The notes beneath the pieces are model-generated. The model saw only the letters and a program-made list of their open reading frames with translations, had not been told where the DNA came from and ran no database searches. DNA of 63,939 nucleotides, the filler included, from Polymyxa betae A26-41 (lineage: Eukaryota; Protista; Endomyxa: Phytomyxea): assembly GCA_003693705.1 (NCBI GenBank). It is 7 parts of 7 records of this genome, joined end to end, with 100 filler letters (N's around TTAATTAATTAA, not from the genome) between each part and the next. Parts side by side here need not be neighbours in the genome. Positions count along the whole stretch, not along the records: positions 58,319 to 61,964 come from RBZT01000050.1; positions 62,065 to 63,939 come from RBZT01000081.1; 5 more parts are not named here. One strand, given 5' to 3'. Positions 60,444 through 63,939 of the stretch are shown here, one piece after another. Positions within the stretch are counted from its first letter, which is position 1. Each line of letters begins with the position of its first letter. The position numbers were made by a program, and so were the translations under genes.

Positions 60444-61871
60444 AACAGCGTCTCCATTGGGTTTCTTTAATATTGTTCTTCTTTATCACGATATTGTAGA
60501 ATCATGATATACTTCCGGGCTTTTTTCTCATCAAAACGCTACTAAAAGTCCACGTTTTGTTTTCGAAACGCATTCGAAAATGGTACTTCCTACCACCATG
60601 AAACAACGCGGAATTTGTATTGCAAAGTTCCGATAAAAAAGGTTGACATCCAAATTCTTCTTTAAACTCTTTTTTGTTTCTCAAACTACGATATTATTAG
60701 ACTGGATTTGTTTGAAGCGTCCAGAGCTTAAAGCCACGCTTGTTGGCTGTCATATAAAAGCTGATGTCATGACGGCGATTCCAATACATTAATAAGTCCC
60801 ATCTACCACTAATTACCCAGCTCTGTCGTTAGTATAAAACATCCGTGTTTATGTCCAGCGTTCAGATATTTGCTCCTGAATTTCTTGTCTGAGCCCTTTG
60901 TTAAAGTCATTGATGTTATTCTTTGTTGCTGCGATCGAATCAAGACTGTTATCAGCCTCTCTCTATTCAAGTTTGTATGATGAGATGACATGATCATATT
61001 CAATATCGTCGTCCTTATCAGCCGCCCTTTTGCCAATTCATCAACTGCTTCACTTTTCGGTATAGAATGAAGATCTAATTGGTTTTGCAAGTGATGGAAT
61101 TGATGATTTGTGATGTTCAAAATCATCCGAAGTCAGAAAAAGCCCGGCACTTAGCTCAGACATTTCGCACTGTTTTGCCTTCCTTACAGAAGGTGGCCTG
61201 GATCAGGAATCTGTCTCCCAAATGTAACATTACTGATTGAACGATAACATCACCACCGGCAATGTACATTGTATCGAGCTCGTTAACTGGGCCCAGTATC
61301 CCTACTTCGACGTCAAACAAATCAGAAAGCAGAGAAGCTATTGGAAGTGATTCACAGAAAATGACAAAAAATGAACCAAAAACAAAACTGTCCGTCGGAT
61401 TCATTCAAGGCAAGGCTGAAACATCATAGCATCGTGTCATTATTTGATGATGTCATCGGATTGGACGATTTAGAGGCGTAAAGATTTCAATCACGTCAAG
61501 AGAGATCTGAGTATTGGAAATCAGCTGCCGCAAAATCACCTGATGTTGAGAAATGCTGAAAATTGAGGTGCAGCTGTGTGTCAAAATTCGAGCCAATGGA
61601 TAAATTGGTGAAACATTGCCAACTCGGAAATCTGAAGTACGACCTCCTGAGAACCATTCCGGTGACTTTCCGGCGTGTTTCATGCCTTGTGAGATCGATA
61701 CGGAGCCGCTCGTTGACGGCAACAACCAAGTCGAATCCGAATCCAATCCAATCATGGCCTTCAATCCACCGAGACGGTTTATTGACAGGACTGTAACTGA
61801 TAACGACTTATGGACAATCATGCTACACAAAACTGAGCAGATTCTAGTTATAAGAATCATTCGTGTCAGAT

Positions 61872-61964
61872 TCAATTTCGTTTTCCTCCATTTGGTTTAC
61901 CTTTAGCTGGTTTCTTTTCGTTTTTCTGAACCGGCTTTTTCCCACCTTTGTTATTGGCAGGATT
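61872..61964 (-). CDS. C-terminus of a Lys/Asn/Gly-rich protein, truncated by a gap
   Basis: NPANNKGGKKPVQKNEKKPAKGKPNGGKRN*; paralogous to 63847-63939. Confidence 0.5.
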   Translation of the reverse strand, partial: NPANNKGGKKPVQKNEKKPAKGKPNGGKRN

Positions 61965-62162
61965 NNNNNNNNNNNNNNNNNNNNNNNNNNNNNNNNNNNN
62001 NNNNNNNNTTAATTAATTAANNNNNNNNNNNNNNNNNNNNNNNNNNNNNNNNNNNNNNNNNNNNACCGTACCATATCTAGCAACAAATCCAGCATAATTC
62101 AATCCATCAATATCTTCGAAATATGTATTCACACACAACATCATACAGATTAACAATGTCGT

Positions 62163-62594
62163 TCATGGCCTGATAAATAGAGCGGTGTTGACGTTTCTAC
62201 AGCGCGACGTGACATCCGCTGTGTTCTTTCGCAGCTGCATGTTATTCTGATCGATCTGGAACTGATCCGATACGATCAAAGCCCGTTGCAGCTGGCACTG
62301 ATTCTTCAGGACTTTATTGCGGTCTTTCTGGCATTGAATGACGTCCCGTATGGCTCGGCTCGCGGCGCCCGCAATCGCCGGATTGAAAAATTCCAACTCT
62401 GCGGCCTCGGCGATGCGTCGGATACGTTCAAGCTGTGCTGGACCCAGCGATGCTGGACAGACGGACTTGGCATTATTCAGAGCTACTCGACCGTCTCCGC
62501 ACCTTCTCGAGATGTCGATTCCTGCAAAGCCGGCCGGGGCTGCGGAAAGAGCTGTGCTGCATAATAGAGAGCAGATGAAGAATACCTTCAGCAT
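62163..62594 (-). CDS. Small secreted Cys-containing protein (143 aa), candidate effector
   Basis: Signal peptide MLKVFFICSLLCSTALS; AEAAELEFFNPAIAGAA..IQCQKDRNKVLK resembles a motif of fungal small secreted proteins. Confidence 0.75.
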   Translation of the reverse strand: MLKVFFICSLLCSTALSAAPAGFAGIDISRRCGDGRVALNNAKSVCPASLGPAQLERIRRIAEAAELEFFNPAIAGAASRAIRDVIQCQKDRNKVLKNQCQLQRALIVSDQFQIDQNNMQLRKNTADVTSRCRNVNTALFIRP

Positions 62595-62721
62595 TCTGGT
62601 CGTATTTACCGAATGAGGTCCGTTATCGATGGGAGCAAAATGCGAATCGCAATCTAGAACAGGTTCGGGCCCCAATGATTCCAGAACTTTATCGTCTTTA
62701 GGAGTACATATTTGGATTGTT

Positions 62722-62925
62722 GCTGTGCAAGTAATGTTACATTGATAGGGTTTGACTAAAAACACACAGAATTTGTACAAGTGTAATATTACAATGATAG
62801 GGTTTGACTCAAGATAACACTCGAAGCAGTGCAATGGTTATGTTACATTGATAGGGTTTGACTCAAAAACACACACAGAAGCTGTGCAAGTGTAATGTTA
62901 TTTTACAGGGTTCGACTCAAAAAAA
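62722..62925. repeat. About 50-bp tandem repeat, about 4 copies, upstream of the secreted-protein gene
   Basis: GTAATGTTACATTGATAGGGTTTGACT.AAAACAC units. Confidence 0.8.
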
Positions 62926-63427
62926 CTCAACATAAAAAGTTCGAAATTGTGATACGGCTGAGTTTAAAATGTGCGATTCGACTGCCAAACGAGCCACGGG
63001 TCGTGTTATGCTTTCACGTATGCAGCATGTTTATTCCGTGTCATTGATATGTCAAGGGTGTCATTGTCGTGTCTGTCTTCTCCAAATATTGATCGGAAGT
63101 TCATTCATGAGCGAGCACGAATCGACAGAAGATCATCGGGCTTGTTCAACCAGCAACCAGATCCCTCCTGTTAGGCAGCAGATCTTGCTGACAGATTCCA
63201 CTCATTTCTGTGTGGGGGAATCAGGTCATGGACTGATGCAGTTGAGCAGAACTTGATGTCAAATCAGATTAAGAGGTCGAAAGACCGGATAGACCAATAG
63301 ATTTGCTCTAGCGATTTCATGATCGTACTTCTAAAACTCGTTCGCAATAGAAATTCGAAATTTAGGAATAAAACCCTAGCTTCCGATGCTCAGTGGAGCA
63401 GCCTCAGAAAATCAGTGACAAAAAGAA

Positions 63428-63557
63428 GCCACTCCGGCGCAGCCAGCTCTGGAGGCCACTCCGGCGCAGCCAGCTCTGGACTCTGCCACTCTGGTCTCTT
63501 AGAGTCTGGAGGCCTCTTCTTCGCAGCCAGCTCGGGAGGCCACTCCGGCGCAGCCAG
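63428..63557. repeat. About 27-bp GC-rich tandem repeat
   Basis: GCCACTCCGGCGCAGCCAGCTCTGGAG variants, 3-4 copies. Confidence 0.75.
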
Positions 63558-63846
63558 ATCGAGATGCCAATTCCTGACAGCGACATCAAATCTGTTCTTG
63601 TGATGATCAATATTCTATTGGGAAATGAAGTTTTGTAAACCTCCTCCAGTCGACTTTCTGCCGACATGACATTACAGTGATCATCATTCAGTTTGTAACG
63701 AGGACCAATCCATCTCACTTGTAGAAAATATTTCCTCAAACGACACTACCGAGCGATTTTATTGACTGATGAGAACCAGATGAAGTTATTGACAACTATG
63801 CACAGAACAGAACAGACTCGAGCTGTATGAATCCTTCGTATCAGAT

Positions 63847-63939
63847 TCATTTTCCTTTTCCGCCATTTTGCTTTCCTTTAGCTGGTTTTTTCCCGTTGTT
63901 GTTTCCGGGCTTTTTACCACCTTTGTTATTGGCAGGATT
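63847..63939 (-). CDS. C-terminus of a paralogous Lys/Asn/Gly-rich protein (window edge)
   Basis: NPANNKGGKKPGNNNGKKPAKGKQNGGKGK*; the downstream flank is also similar to 61790-61870. Confidence 0.5.
   Translation of the reverse strand, partial: NPANNKGGKKPGNNNGKKPAKGKQNGGKGK

Noticed and set aside
62595-62834. N-terminal 80 aa of the 223-aa ORF
   Set aside because: Runs through a tandem repeat; the signal peptide indicates the real start is at 62594.

Overview
Eukaryotic genomic DNA (short GT-AG introns, TTAGGG/TTTAGGG-like motifs, scaffold gaps padded with N runs and a TTAATTAATTAA spacer). It looks like a fungus-like protist such as a plasmodiophorid or oomycete, but that is inference and the taxon cannot be fixed from the window. 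About 1-46.6 kb is a nested cluster of decayed transposons: three complete-boundary Ty1/Copia elements with 5-bp TSDs plus two Copia fragments, several Ty3/Gypsy fragments, a PIF/Harbinger element, two IS630/Tc1/mariner remnants, MULE remnants, and hAT and Tourist-like MITEs. About 46.6-63.9 kb holds host genes: a Zn2Cys6 protein, a bacterial-like GNAT acetyltransferase, a signal-peptide kinase with a decayed paralog, two tiny Cys-rich peptides and a small secreted protein. The most striking signals concern LTR-retrotransposon biology. (i) Three Gypsy LTR families with unrelated LTRs but one Gag type have a sequence-divergent palindrome at the primer-binding-site (PBS) position instead of a tRNA PBS. 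(ii) A Copia-pol element carries that Gypsy-type Gag and has AG...CT ends. (iii) A Copia element has a half-tRNA-Lys PBS and TG...GA ends. (iv) One LTR has a Tf1-like 11-nt self-priming signature.
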